In this document: positions 1 to 9,247 of the stretch, piece by piece
How positions within the stretch are numbered: position 1 is the first letter of the stretch
Layout: the number at the start of each line of letters is the position of its first letter
Assembly (NCBI GenBank): GCA_965219345.1
Contig: OZ244732.1
Span: forward strand, 128,001 to 192,000
Direction: 5' to 3'
Origin: Nitrosopumilus sp.
GTDB lineage: Archaea; Thermoproteota; Nitrososphaeria; Nitrososphaerales; Nitrosopumilaceae
Length of the DNA stretch: 64,000 bases
The notes under the pieces: model-generated
What the model saw: only the letters and a program-made list of their open reading frames with translations
The model's database searches: none
What the model was told of the DNA's origin: nothing
Position numbers and translations under genes: made by a program

Positions 1-1
1 A

Positions 2-712
2 GCTAATTCACTTGAAGAAAAAGAGAGAATTTTTGGGTGGAGAGGAAAAATCATTCAATCGTATTGTAAAAAATGTAGATATGTATCTCATTCACAAAAT
101 CCACATACTGAAAATGTAAATCCTATGGTTGATATTATTTTTAAAGGAATTAACCGAGATTATAAATTTACTAATGATTATATTTCAAAGCTTCCAAGAT
201 ATGATAAAAATGGAAAACTCTTAAGTCATAATATGAAAAATAAATTAGCAAAACAATATTTACTAAATAAAAACCATCTTTTTGTATCACATTTTTTAAA
301 ATTACTTGATGAATCAGAACCCTATATTGAAGAAGAAAAATTTTTAAAGTTATTTGAAATTTATAATTTTCATACTAAAAAACCAGAAAAAGAAAGTTTT
401 TTCAATTTTGTAATTTCAGAATCTAAAGAAATTAGTCTTAAACAAGAATTAAATCCAAAAAAACAAATTTTCGTAATTTTGAAAATTTACCAAACGATTA
501 CTGAAACATATGTAAAAATTCTATCTGAAAAATTAAAAAAATCACCTGCAATAATCATTAGTTTTGTAAGTGATATACATCAAGATTTTATTGAAAATAA
601 TGATCAAATTTGTATTTTTGATCGTGATATGATTCAATTCTTATTAGAATATAGAGATGATAGACTCAAATTATTTGATGTAGTATTTAATTCAGAAAAG
701 AATTCAACATAA
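2..712 (+). CDS. Hypothetical island protein, 5'-partial (frame open from window start; includes CxxC motif YCKKC)
   Basis: No stop codon in frame from position 2 to the track's ATG at 125; stop overlaps the start of the next ORF. Confidence 0.7.
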   Translation, partial: ANSLEEKERIFGWRGKIIQSYCKKCRYVSHSQNPHTENVNPMVDIIFKGINRDYKFTNDYISKLPRYDKNGKLLSHNMKNKLAKQYLLNKNHLFVSHFLKLLDESEPYIEEEKFLKLFEIYNFHTKKPEKESFFNFVISESKEISLKQELNPKKQIFVILKIYQTITETYVKILSEKLKKSPAIIISFVSDIHQDFIENNDQICIFDRDMIQFLLEYRDDRLKLFDVVFNSEKNST

Positions 713-3012
713 TGCCTCCTAATAAGAAATCTACCGCATACGACAAAATCAACATTGAAGAATTCACAAATGATTGGAATTCTGGAATGAGTTTAGTTGA
801 TCTAGCTAGAAAATACAACTTTTCCTATCCTGAAAAAGCAAAAAGAATTGGTCAAAAACTTGGTTTGAAAAAACAAAAAAATCTAACGTTTTTCGATAAA
901 TTTCTAAAAGATTCACGAAAAACTAATGAGCTAATAACAATGTATGCTGATGAATCTATAACTATTTCCAAAATTACTACTCACTTTGGGTTTACCGATA
1001 ATGGATATGTTTCTAGACTTGTTAAAAAAATTGGAATTACTCCACGAAGAGGTGGCCAAGGTAGTATAGAGAAATTTAAGGAATCTAAAAATGAATTTAT
1101 AGAAATGTGGAATGATAATGTTCTCAAAAAAATAATAGCAAAAAAATTTAATATTAGTTATCCAACTGTTAGTTTATGGAGAAAAAGACTCGGTTTAGAA
1201 CCTAGAAGTTTAGGGAGAATTAGGCCTGAATCATTATCAGAAAAAATCGAATTATTATTACTTGAAAATTTAGGCGCTTTAACAACAAAAGAAATAAAAA
1301 AAATATTGAATATTTCGACTGTACATCTTGCTAATTGTTTAAATCTCGAAAAAATTCAAAGACTATCTTTAACTATGCATGTAACTGGTAGGCTGTATCG
1401 CAAACCTAGTGATTATTTTGGTGATTATACTGGACAATCAATTGTGTATTTGCGTGGCATGAATGATAGTTTGATTTTAAAACTATCAAAAATTCTACAA
1501 ACTGGTCGTATGTTTAAAAATAATCTACTCAAGAAAGCAAATTATAATTTTATGATTTCTAGACTAACTGAATCTGAAAAAGATATTGAAAATCGATCAC
1601 AACAATTGTATGGTCTAATACATTTCAAAAATAACCAAAACAAACTTGAATCTATTGTAGAATCACAATTAAAAAAATATCGAATAATTACGAACACATC
1701 AGAATTAATTTCTAGAATAGAGTCAAATGATTCACTAATACCAAAGATCTTGAGTGAAAAGCCTAAATCAAAATTTTATGGAAGAAAATTTGAACCTAAA
1801 TTAGTTATAAAAGAACTAGATTCGTCATATCCTGATGACCAAAAAAGACTCGTTCAAGAAATATTTACCCCATTTAATTTCATTTGTAGAACATCAAATG
1901 ATGAATATTTTGACTTGGAAATAACTTCAGATGATAAATTTTTAATAAAATTAATACTGCATCAACAGCTTACTACCACTAGTCTAAAAATATTTCATAA
2001 TAAATTGCAAGGACAGAAGGGAATTATAATAAATTTTGAATCTATCTCTGAATCTGTTAAAAAACTAGAATATGAAAATATTAGCATTTTGGCAAATGCT
2101 GATTTATTATTATTATTAAACTCATTAGAATTTTTACCTGTAAGGGCAAAATCTTTTGCAAAAATTACTTTTGGAGAGGATAAGGAAAAAATTATTTTTT
2201 GTGAAAATATAGATTTTGAAACTAATATTGCTACAGTGAGTGATTCTGATCATAATACAAAAAAAATATTAATAAAATTTTTAAAACAAATTGAATTACC
2301 AGAAAATGTAGGTAATTCAGATTATTTTAATTTTATTGAAAAATTCAAAACAATATCTATTATTGAAAATATCTCTACTATGGACGAATGTATTGTGAAT
2401 GTTACAAGAGATATTCTAAATAGACATGGAGATATTCTGATTACTTCACAAGTTGATTCTTATATTACTAAAATTTCACTTCTTTACAATTTATTTGATG
2501 AAAAAATTGGTGATGATCATCATGTCACTAGTATTGGTATACTGCGAAATAAGCTAATTCAATGTAATTGTTTATCATGGGAATCTCAAGATTATATTGT
2601 TTTATGTAAACATTCTATTGCATTATTATTTCATTTATGGACAGGGGATATTAATAAATATGATAATGTTGTTGGGGGGGAAACCATTGAGAACTTTTTA
2701 GATTATGTTAATTTCTTAATTAATTATTCTATTAAGATAGAAGAATTTTGGTTTGAAAAAATAGATGGTAAAAAAATCAATCATCATTTAATTCATTATG
2801 CAATTTGTAATCTTATACATGAAAATTATAAGACAACATCTTTTTTCCTTGATTGCGATATTGCTGAAAAGATTGAATTAGAGAATTTAATGGCTGAATA
2901 CAAAAATGAAAAAATAAAATTATTTGAATCTGTAAGAAAACTATCTTCTGAACAAAAAACATTACTTTTGAATACGCTTTTTGCTCAGTTTAGAGATGCA
3001 TACAAAAATTAA
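712..3012 (+). CDS. Multidomain protein: N-terminal HTH repeats, degenerate restriction-endonuclease-like middle region, SWIM-type Zn finger
   Basis: HTH-like segments (SLVDLARKYNFS; KKIIAKKFNISYPTVSLWRKRLGL); SWIM-like CNCxxW...CKHSIAL. Confidence 0.6.
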   Translation: MPPNKKSTAYDKINIEEFTNDWNSGMSLVDLARKYNFSYPEKAKRIGQKLGLKKQKNLTFFDKFLKDSRKTNELITMYADESITISKITTHFGFTDNGYVSRLVKKIGITPRRGGQGSIEKFKESKNEFIEMWNDNVLKKIIAKKFNISYPTVSLWRKRLGLEPRSLGRIRPESLSEKIELLLLENLGALTTKEIKKILNISTVHLANCLNLEKIQRLSLTMHVTGRLYRKPSDYFGDYTGQSIVYLRGMNDSLILKLSKILQTGRMFKNNLLKKANYNFMISRLTESEKDIENRSQQLYGLIHFKNNQNKLESIVESQLKKYRIITNTSELISRIESNDSLIPKILSEKPKSKFYGRKFEPKLVIKELDSSYPDDQKRLVQEIFTPFNFICRTSNDEYFDLEITSDDKFLIKLILHQQLTTTSLKIFHNKLQGQKGIIINFESISESVKKLEYENISILANADLLLLLNSLEFLPVRAKSFAKITFGEDKEKIIFCENIDFETNIATVSDSDHNTKKILIKFLKQIELPENVGNSDYFNFIEKFKTISIIENISTMDECIVNVTRDILNRHGDILITSQVDSYITKISLLYNLFDEKIGDDHHVTSIGILRNKLIQCNCLSWESQDYIVLCKHSIALLFHLWTGDINKYDNVVGGETIENFLDYVNFLINYSIKIEEFWFEKIDGKKINHHLIHYAICNLIHENYKTTSFFLDCDIAEKIELENLMAEYKNEKIKLFESVRKLSSEQKTLLLNTLFAQFRDAYKN

Positions 3013-3051
3013 TTTCAAATAAAATACCAAATTTACCTAAAGGTTTTATTC

Positions 3052-5577
3052 ATGCAAATTAATATTCTCATACGTATGTTAATTGAAAAATATGGTTTAA
3101 AGGCAATTCCATTTCAATCTCAAGGCTCAGAATCTGGAAAATACCCTTTTGTTCCATCTGAATCATTTAATGAATTAGTATCCGAAATTGAAAAAATCCA
3201 AGAACAAAAAGATTCTGGTGCAATAATAGTTCAAGGGCCACAAGGGAGTGGAAAGACAGCTACTAGAAAAGGTCTTTTTGAGGCATTTTCATCAAAATCG
3301 GGGGTTGGCATCATTACTATACATCTATCTTCCCTTGATTTGAAAGATTTAGCATGGTCTATAATAGATGAGGCAAAAAAACAGAATTATATTGATAATG
3401 GCTTTCTTGAAAAAAACTCAGAAGGTGAAGAATTTAAAAATTTTACAAAACCTAAACTAGAACAAATAATTACTAAAGTGCTAGAACAAATTGTATCAAA
3501 AAATGAATTGGGAATTTTAATTATCGATGAATTTGATATTATTTCTCAGCCTACTTTTCATGATACAAATGATCAAACTATTTTTCTTCATGCTATTACA
3601 AATATTTTAAACTCTATTAATGAATCAAAAATAATTCAAGAAAAATCATTTTGTACTATACTTGCACAAACTGATAGAAGCTCTGAAGACTTCAGAAACT
3701 ATATTTCCGATAGACACAAACCTCTTTCAACTAGATTAAAGAGAAATATCAATATCAACTATAACTTTGATGTAACAAAAAAAATTATTCTAAAAAGATT
3801 AGAAACTGAACAGTTATCTGGATTTGAAAAACCTAATGGAAATGAATTATTCCCTCTAGATGAGGAAATTTTAAAATCCCTTTATGATAAAATTAATCAT
3901 TTCACACAAAGTAATTCAATGAAAGCATTCAGAGACATGGAACAAATCTTACACGATTCAATTGAAAAATCATTAGAAAATAATCTACCAAAAGTTGAAA
4001 TGAATATTATCCAAGAAATTTTTACTCGTATATCTCCTAAATTTGATTATAATCCTAAAGAAAATAGGAGGAAAATATCCATTGAAACATCTAATGAATT
4101 AAAGGGTGTAATGAAAGACCCAGATCAAAATAGGTCTAATTGTATATATTTGAATGGAATTAAAACTGCTATGGAATATTGGGAGGCAAGAGAATACTCG
4201 TCAGTCGAATCAAATCTTGCATCTTCAAGATATGAAAATGAAGAAATGGGCATTTTTATTAGCAGTATTAAGATAAACTTACGAACTACTGATAGATCTA
4301 AATACGCAAAAAATATTTTTTGGTACACTGTCTCAAAATCTGAAGATAAACCTCCATTAAATGATGGTGACTTTAAACAAATTAATTTATTTTTAGAAGA
4401 AAATAAATCTGAACAAATTGGTTGCCAATACTCTATTCTGACAATTTTTTCAGAAGAATTTGCTGGAAAATCAGAACAAGAATTACAAAGTGAATTAATT
4501 CCTACTGTTGATCGAATTTTTTACAGAGGAAATTCATTCAAACAAGCTATAGCAGGAATATATTTATCACAATCTGATGAAGAACGGGAAGAATTTAGAG
4601 ACGAATGGGATACTCACCTTCACAAATTTTGTGCTAATACTTTAGGTTCAACACTATTTGATCTTGGAGCAAAAATTGACAGTAGACATATATCATTAAT
4701 TCAATATTTGTATGCAAAAACGATTGTTAAACAAAAATTTAAGAAAGATGATTGGTTATTTTGGGGTAAAAAACTTTCTCCCGGAAAAATGATTAGAGAT
4801 GATGTATTTAAACAAATTAAACTTTTGGGATTTACCGATGATGAGTGTAACGCTTTTGTACCAAGAAATTTAAAATCTCTTAAATCTTTGATTGATTCAA
4901 AAGATGGACAAGATTCACTTTCAAACGATGAAATTGAAAATTATTTTGAAAATAATTATACGCTTAACGCAGCTAAATTATTGGGAATTTTGACTAAAGA
5001 AAATCGACTGTATGATATTACTTTACTAAAAGAAAGAATTTCTAATGAATTAATTGATGATATTGATAATGCATTACCCGAAATTGAAACCACTACTATG
5101 TCTGATAGTTTGAAAATGTTAAATCTCTTAAAAGAAACATTTGAAAAAATTGATGAAGAAGATGATTATATCAAAAAAGTTGTTTCGTTACAATTCATTC
5201 TGAAGCAATCACCTCTTTTATTGTCTGATATTGGATCTGCAAGTGGTGGTGAATCTGCAAGTGGTGGTGAATCTGCAAGTGGTGGTGAATCTGCAGGTGG
5301 TGGTGAATCTGCAGGTGGTGGTGAATCTGCAGGTGGTGGTGAATCTGCAGGTGGTGGTGAATCTGCAGGTGGTGGTGAATCTGCAGGAATAGAGATAACC
5401 AAATTCATGCTCATAGAGACTTGTAAAAATATTCTAGGCGGTGGGCAAAAATTAAGCCTCTCAACTCTAAAAAAAGAAATAGGTAAAAAACCTGGATTTG
5501 AAGATCAAAGCAAATGGGCTGGTGAGCTTGCAAAATTAATCCTAAATGACATTCTACTAATTACAATTGATGAGTGA
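3052..5577 (+). CDS. P-loop ATPase (DpdH-like position in a defence operon)
   Basis: Walker A GPQGSGKT, Walker B ILIIDEFD; first gene of a coupled ATPase-X-helicase-DUF1998-PLD operon. Confidence 0.75.
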   Translation: MQINILIRMLIEKYGLKAIPFQSQGSESGKYPFVPSESFNELVSEIEKIQEQKDSGAIIVQGPQGSGKTATRKGLFEAFSSKSGVGIITIHLSSLDLKDLAWSIIDEAKKQNYIDNGFLEKNSEGEEFKNFTKPKLEQIITKVLEQIVSKNELGILIIDEFDIISQPTFHDTNDQTIFLHAITNILNSINESKIIQEKSFCTILAQTDRSSEDFRNYISDRHKPLSTRLKRNININYNFDVTKKIILKRLETEQLSGFEKPNGNELFPLDEEILKSLYDKINHFTQSNSMKAFRDMEQILHDSIEKSLENNLPKVEMNIIQEIFTRISPKFDYNPKENRRKISIETSNELKGVMKDPDQNRSNCIYLNGIKTAMEYWEAREYSSVESNLASSRYENEEMGIFISSIKINLRTTDRSKYAKNIFWYTVSKSEDKPPLNDGDFKQINLFLEENKSEQIGCQYSILTIFSEEFAGKSEQELQSELIPTVDRIFYRGNSFKQAIAGIYLSQSDEEREEFRDEWDTHLHKFCANTLGSTLFDLGAKIDSRHISLIQYLYAKTIVKQKFKKDDWLFWGKKLSPGKMIRDDVFKQIKLLGFTDDECNAFVPRNLKSLKSLIDSKDGQDSLSNDEIENYFENNYTLNAAKLLGILTKENRLYDITLLKERISNELIDDIDNALPEIETTTMSDSLKMLNLLKETFEKIDEEDDYIKKVVSLQFILKQSPLLLSDIGSASGGESASGGESASGGESAGGGESAGGGESAGGGESAGGGESAGGGESAGIEITKFMLIETCKNILGGGQKLSLSTLKKEIGKKPGFEDQSKWAGELAKLILNDILLITIDE
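5235..5387 (+). repeat. 18-bp tandem repeat (atctgca[a/g]gtggtggtga, ~8.5 copies) encoding an SA[S/G]GGE linker
   Basis: Directly visible; protein reads SASGGE x3, SAGGGE x5, SAG. Confidence 0.95.
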
Positions 5578-6560
5578 TACAAATAAATCAAAATATAATC
5601 AAGGCACCAGCTGTAGATAACTTAAATGATTTGAAAGATATTATTAAAAGTCTTGAATATAATTCCATTCCTTACAGCTATATTGACAAACGACGTCTCG
5701 AAAATCTTTTAGAAAATAAAAAACTTTCAAAAGATAATTATGATATTATTTGTAATTGGAAAATTGAACAAGACATTCATGATAACAAAGGGGATTTACA
5801 ATCAATTGTCTCACTGATGAAATCTCTTGGAATAATTATAACTGAAAAAATACAGAGAGATAACTTGGAACAACCACTTGGCTTTGCTGGTCCCATGCTC
5901 AATTCATTTATTGCTAAATCTGTTGATGCTGTAAAATTAACTGAGATAGGCCAAGTTTTGTGTAATTTACTTGAAGAAACTAATACTGAATCTTTAATTG
6001 AATATGATAATCTTTTGTTTTGGAGATTCTTACACAGTAACATTACTCACAATTTTCAAAAATTAATTGAAGATAATGATTCATATAATAAAGGAGTTGA
6101 TGTTGTGTTACAAAAAATTGAAATGGATTCTAGGTCTGCAAATTATTTTTTGAAATGGACTAGTTATTTTGAATTGCTCGGAATTGGATCAAAACTTCTT
6201 ATCCAAAACAAAGTTGCGAAAAAAATAATTTTTTGTACTATTTTTGAATTAAATAAATTGGAATGTGGAATATATGGAATTCAGAAACTTTCAAATCATG
6301 TTTCAAAAGAACTTGATTTTTCAAATAATTTAATTAATTTCTTTTTGATTTTTGAAATCATCTTACGTCATATACAATTATCAAATGAACATGAAAAAGC
6401 ATTAGAGGGAACCACTTCATCTAGGGGTGAACGATCGTTGTCAAATTTTCCAAATGTAACTATGTTGAAAATCAATCACAAAATTAACTTCAATTCAATA
6501 ATGTCTCATGTTTCAAACTCTGAATTAGCCACAATATGGAATATAGGTACAAAACCATGA
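5574..6560 (+). CDS. Hypothetical defence-operon protein (DpdI-like position), possible winged-helix elements
   Basis: 328 aa; GTGA and ATGA overlaps with the flanking ATPase and helicase. Confidence 0.6.
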   Translation: MIQINQNIIKAPAVDNLNDLKDIIKSLEYNSIPYSYIDKRRLENLLENKKLSKDNYDIICNWKIEQDIHDNKGDLQSIVSLMKSLGIIITEKIQRDNLEQPLGFAGPMLNSFIAKSVDAVKLTEIGQVLCNLLEETNTESLIEYDNLLFWRFLHSNITHNFQKLIEDNDSYNKGVDVVLQKIEMDSRSANYFLKWTSYFELLGIGSKLLIQNKVAKKIIFCTIFELNKLECGIYGIQKLSNHVSKELDFSNNLINFFLIFEIILRHIQLSNEHEKALEGTTSSRGERSLSNFPNVTMLKINHKINFNSIMSHVSNSELATIWNIGTKP

Positions 6561-9247
6561 GTAATGGTGGAAATGTCGATATTGTAAGGGAAATTATTTA
6601 TGAACTAGAGAAAGATCTTATCAAAAAAAAGAAATTTTTAGATGATGATGGAAAGCCTATTTTTATCACTAATGTTGAAATTCAAAATCATAGTGAATTA
6701 CCCAATAATGATATAATTAATGCAATTAAAAAATTGAAAGATGATGAATTTATTGTTTTTGATAATCAACTCATTTCTCTTGAAGAGAGTGTTGAATTTT
6801 TAATTCGTTCTAGAATATATCACACCATTTGGTGTATTTATAAAACAGAAAATCGGCCAGCAATGGAACGTAATGTGGATGATTTTCAATACATCCGACA
6901 TATTAAACGAACACCATCCCAAAACCACAATTTAGATGAACTCTTTAATGATCCTGATGTTAAAAATATTCTTCGATGGGGAAAATCAGATCATCAATTA
7001 ATTGTTGAAATTATTAAACATCTAAAAAACACAACTAATTACAAAAAAATGAGTCAATTTCAGCTTAATTCTACTACAACTATCATCAAGAACCTTGATA
7101 CTCATAATGTTTCAAAAGGTCTTGCAATTGTAGCTGGTACAGGATCTGGAAAATCTTTTGCGTATCAATTCCCTTTGTTGCTTTGGATTTTACATAAAAA
7201 GATTAACAAGTATAATGATCTTATAAAATGCAATATCAAACCATCTCAACTATATGTTAATTGTTCAGCAATTCTTATTTTTCCAAGAAATTCCTTAGCA
7301 AGAGATCAAAATGATTCAATTAAAATCTTGATCGAAAAAATTAATGATTTTATTTTGAAAAATGTTCATGATAAAAATAAAAAAGAATTTCTTTTTATAA
7401 AAAATCCCATTACTGATTTTGGAAGTCGTGCTGGTAAATTAGATGAAGTTTATGGCACAGACACTAGATTGGGATATCCTGATCTGATTATCACTACTCC
7501 CTCCTCACTAAATCATAGATTGCTTAATCCTGAATGTCATCCTGTATTTCGAAATGGTGTAGATATAATATTATATGATGAAATTCACATATGGGAGGGA
7601 ATTAGTGGAGCTGAAATTGCTTCGTTAAACTCCCGACTGCAAAATTTGTTTAAAATAGATCCTCCAAAATATCCTCTTTTCATTGGTATATCTGCCACAA
7701 TTGATAAACCTGATCTTCATTGTCAAAAATTGTTTTGTCTATTGAAAAATGATCAAAAACCTTCAATAATAACTCAAAGTAATTTAGATGATACCAAAAT
7801 ATTTTCAATTGAACATCATTTAATTCTAAAACCTGCAAGTGGTCGTTTTGTTAATGGTGTTGCCATGGAATCTACATCTTGCTTAATACATAATAGGAGA
7901 GATGGTTTATCACAATATCATGATGATGTAAATAATGGAAGATTTGTTAATGCAGAAAATAAACCTAAAAGCATCACTTTTCTTGATTCATTAAATGGAT
8001 CAGCAAAATATACTTCTGATTTTAATGATTATGAAAATTTTAAATGGGCCCACGGAAATACTCCTCCTGCTCAAACTACTAGAGTAAAACGTACGTATTA
8101 TTTTTACAATCGACCCAAACAAGGACAAAGCGGAATACCTCATACATTTTCATGTGACAATTGTATAGATAGATCTAATCCTGAACTCTTTGATTGTGAA
8201 TTTTATAAAAATGGCCAATGTTGGTATTATTCTTTAGATGACGCTGGTCAATTCAATAATATGAGATTCGGAAACTGGCATCCGTTTGTACGGGGGTTGG
8301 TAGACATCCCAATTGACAATATACGATCAATAAGAGTATCTTCTCAAGAAAAAGCTCCAAAACCAACTGAAGACAAATACAATTATTTTAAGATGAATCA
8401 ACAAGTGAAGGTTTGGACTGCAGGTGAGAATCAATCTCACACATTTCGTTCTCAAATTGATCATGTTATTACAACGCCTACTCTAGAAGTTGGAGTTGAT
8501 TTTAACAATATTAAAGAAGTAATTCAAGTTGGCTCTATACGTTCACCTTCTACTTACAAACAAAAAGTTGGAAGAGGTGCCCGAGAAGGAAATCTCAAAG
8601 AAGGATTATTTGCAATGAGCATAATTGATGAATCTCCTTTATCCTATTATCATTTTAAACATTTTAAAAGGTTGATCACTTCTACTCTAGATCCGTTAAA
8701 ACTTGAAATTACTAATCCTAATGTGGTTCTCGCAAATGCATTTTTATCTATTTTTGATTTTCTTGCATTCAATGGAATTAATTTATTTAGAATAAAACTT
8801 GGACGGGGTAAATATTTGACAGACACTGAAATAGACACTAATTATAAGAATGCATTAACGTTGATCGACAACGACAAAACTAAAAAGTTTATTAAAAGTT
8901 TCCTAGATCAATTGGGTTTTCCTAATTCAGCTGCAAAAACCAATGATATAATTAATGATGTCAAAAATTTCTTGACAGAACTTTGTAAAAAAATTACTAT
9001 TAAAATACACGATAAAAACGAGACTCATACTCTGCATGAGTGGTTTATACGTTCTACTGAAGATCATACCACCTACGAAAATTTGATACACGAAGAAAAA
9101 TATGATGTTATTAAATCAACTGGAGATGAAACAGAAAAAATCCTTAATGCGATAGCGGATTTAAAAGATGTTTACACCAAATTCTTTCCTGGAGATGACT
9201 CAATTAGTAAAAAATTAGATTTGTTACGAGGTGAATTAATTGGATAA
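6557..9247 (+). CDS. DEAD/DEAH-box SF2 helicase (DrmA / DpdJ N-terminal / MrfA-like)
   Basis: Motifs I AGTGSGKS, Ia FPRNSLARDQ, Ib ITTPSSL, II DEIH, III SAT, V TPTLEVGVDF, VI QKVGRGAR; start placed at the ATGA overlap at 6557. Confidence 0.9.
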   Translation: MSNGGNVDIVREIIYELEKDLIKKKKFLDDDGKPIFITNVEIQNHSELPNNDIINAIKKLKDDEFIVFDNQLISLEESVEFLIRSRIYHTIWCIYKTENRPAMERNVDDFQYIRHIKRTPSQNHNLDELFNDPDVKNILRWGKSDHQLIVEIIKHLKNTTNYKKMSQFQLNSTTTIIKNLDTHNVSKGLAIVAGTGSGKSFAYQFPLLLWILHKKINKYNDLIKCNIKPSQLYVNCSAILIFPRNSLARDQNDSIKILIEKINDFILKNVHDKNKKEFLFIKNPITDFGSRAGKLDEVYGTDTRLGYPDLIITTPSSLNHRLLNPECHPVFRNGVDIILYDEIHIWEGISGAEIASLNSRLQNLFKIDPPKYPLFIGISATIDKPDLHCQKLFCLLKNDQKPSIITQSNLDDTKIFSIEHHLILKPASGRFVNGVAMESTSCLIHNRRDGLSQYHDDVNNGRFVNAENKPKSITFLDSLNGSAKYTSDFNDYENFKWAHGNTPPAQTTRVKRTYYFYNRPKQGQSGIPHTFSCDNCIDRSNPELFDCEFYKNGQCWYYSLDDAGQFNNMRFGNWHPFVRGLVDIPIDNIRSIRVSSQEKAPKPTEDKYNYFKMNQQVKVWTAGENQSHTFRSQIDHVITTPTLEVGVDFNNIKEVIQVGSIRSPSTYKQKVGRGAREGNLKEGLFAMSIIDESPLSYYHFKHFKRLITSTLDPLKLEITNPNVVLANAFLSIFDFLAFNGINLFRIKLGRGKYLTDTEIDTNYKNALTLIDNDKTKKFIKSFLDQLGFPNSAAKTNDIINDVKNFLTELCKKITIKIHDKNETHTLHEWFIRSTEDHTTYENLIHEEKYDVIKSTGDETEKILNAIADLKDVYTKFFPGDDSISKKLDLLRGELIG

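Noticed and set aside
5166-5414. Minus-strand PPPADS-repeat ORF
   Set aside because: Antisense shadow of the 18-bp repeat inside the ATPase gene.
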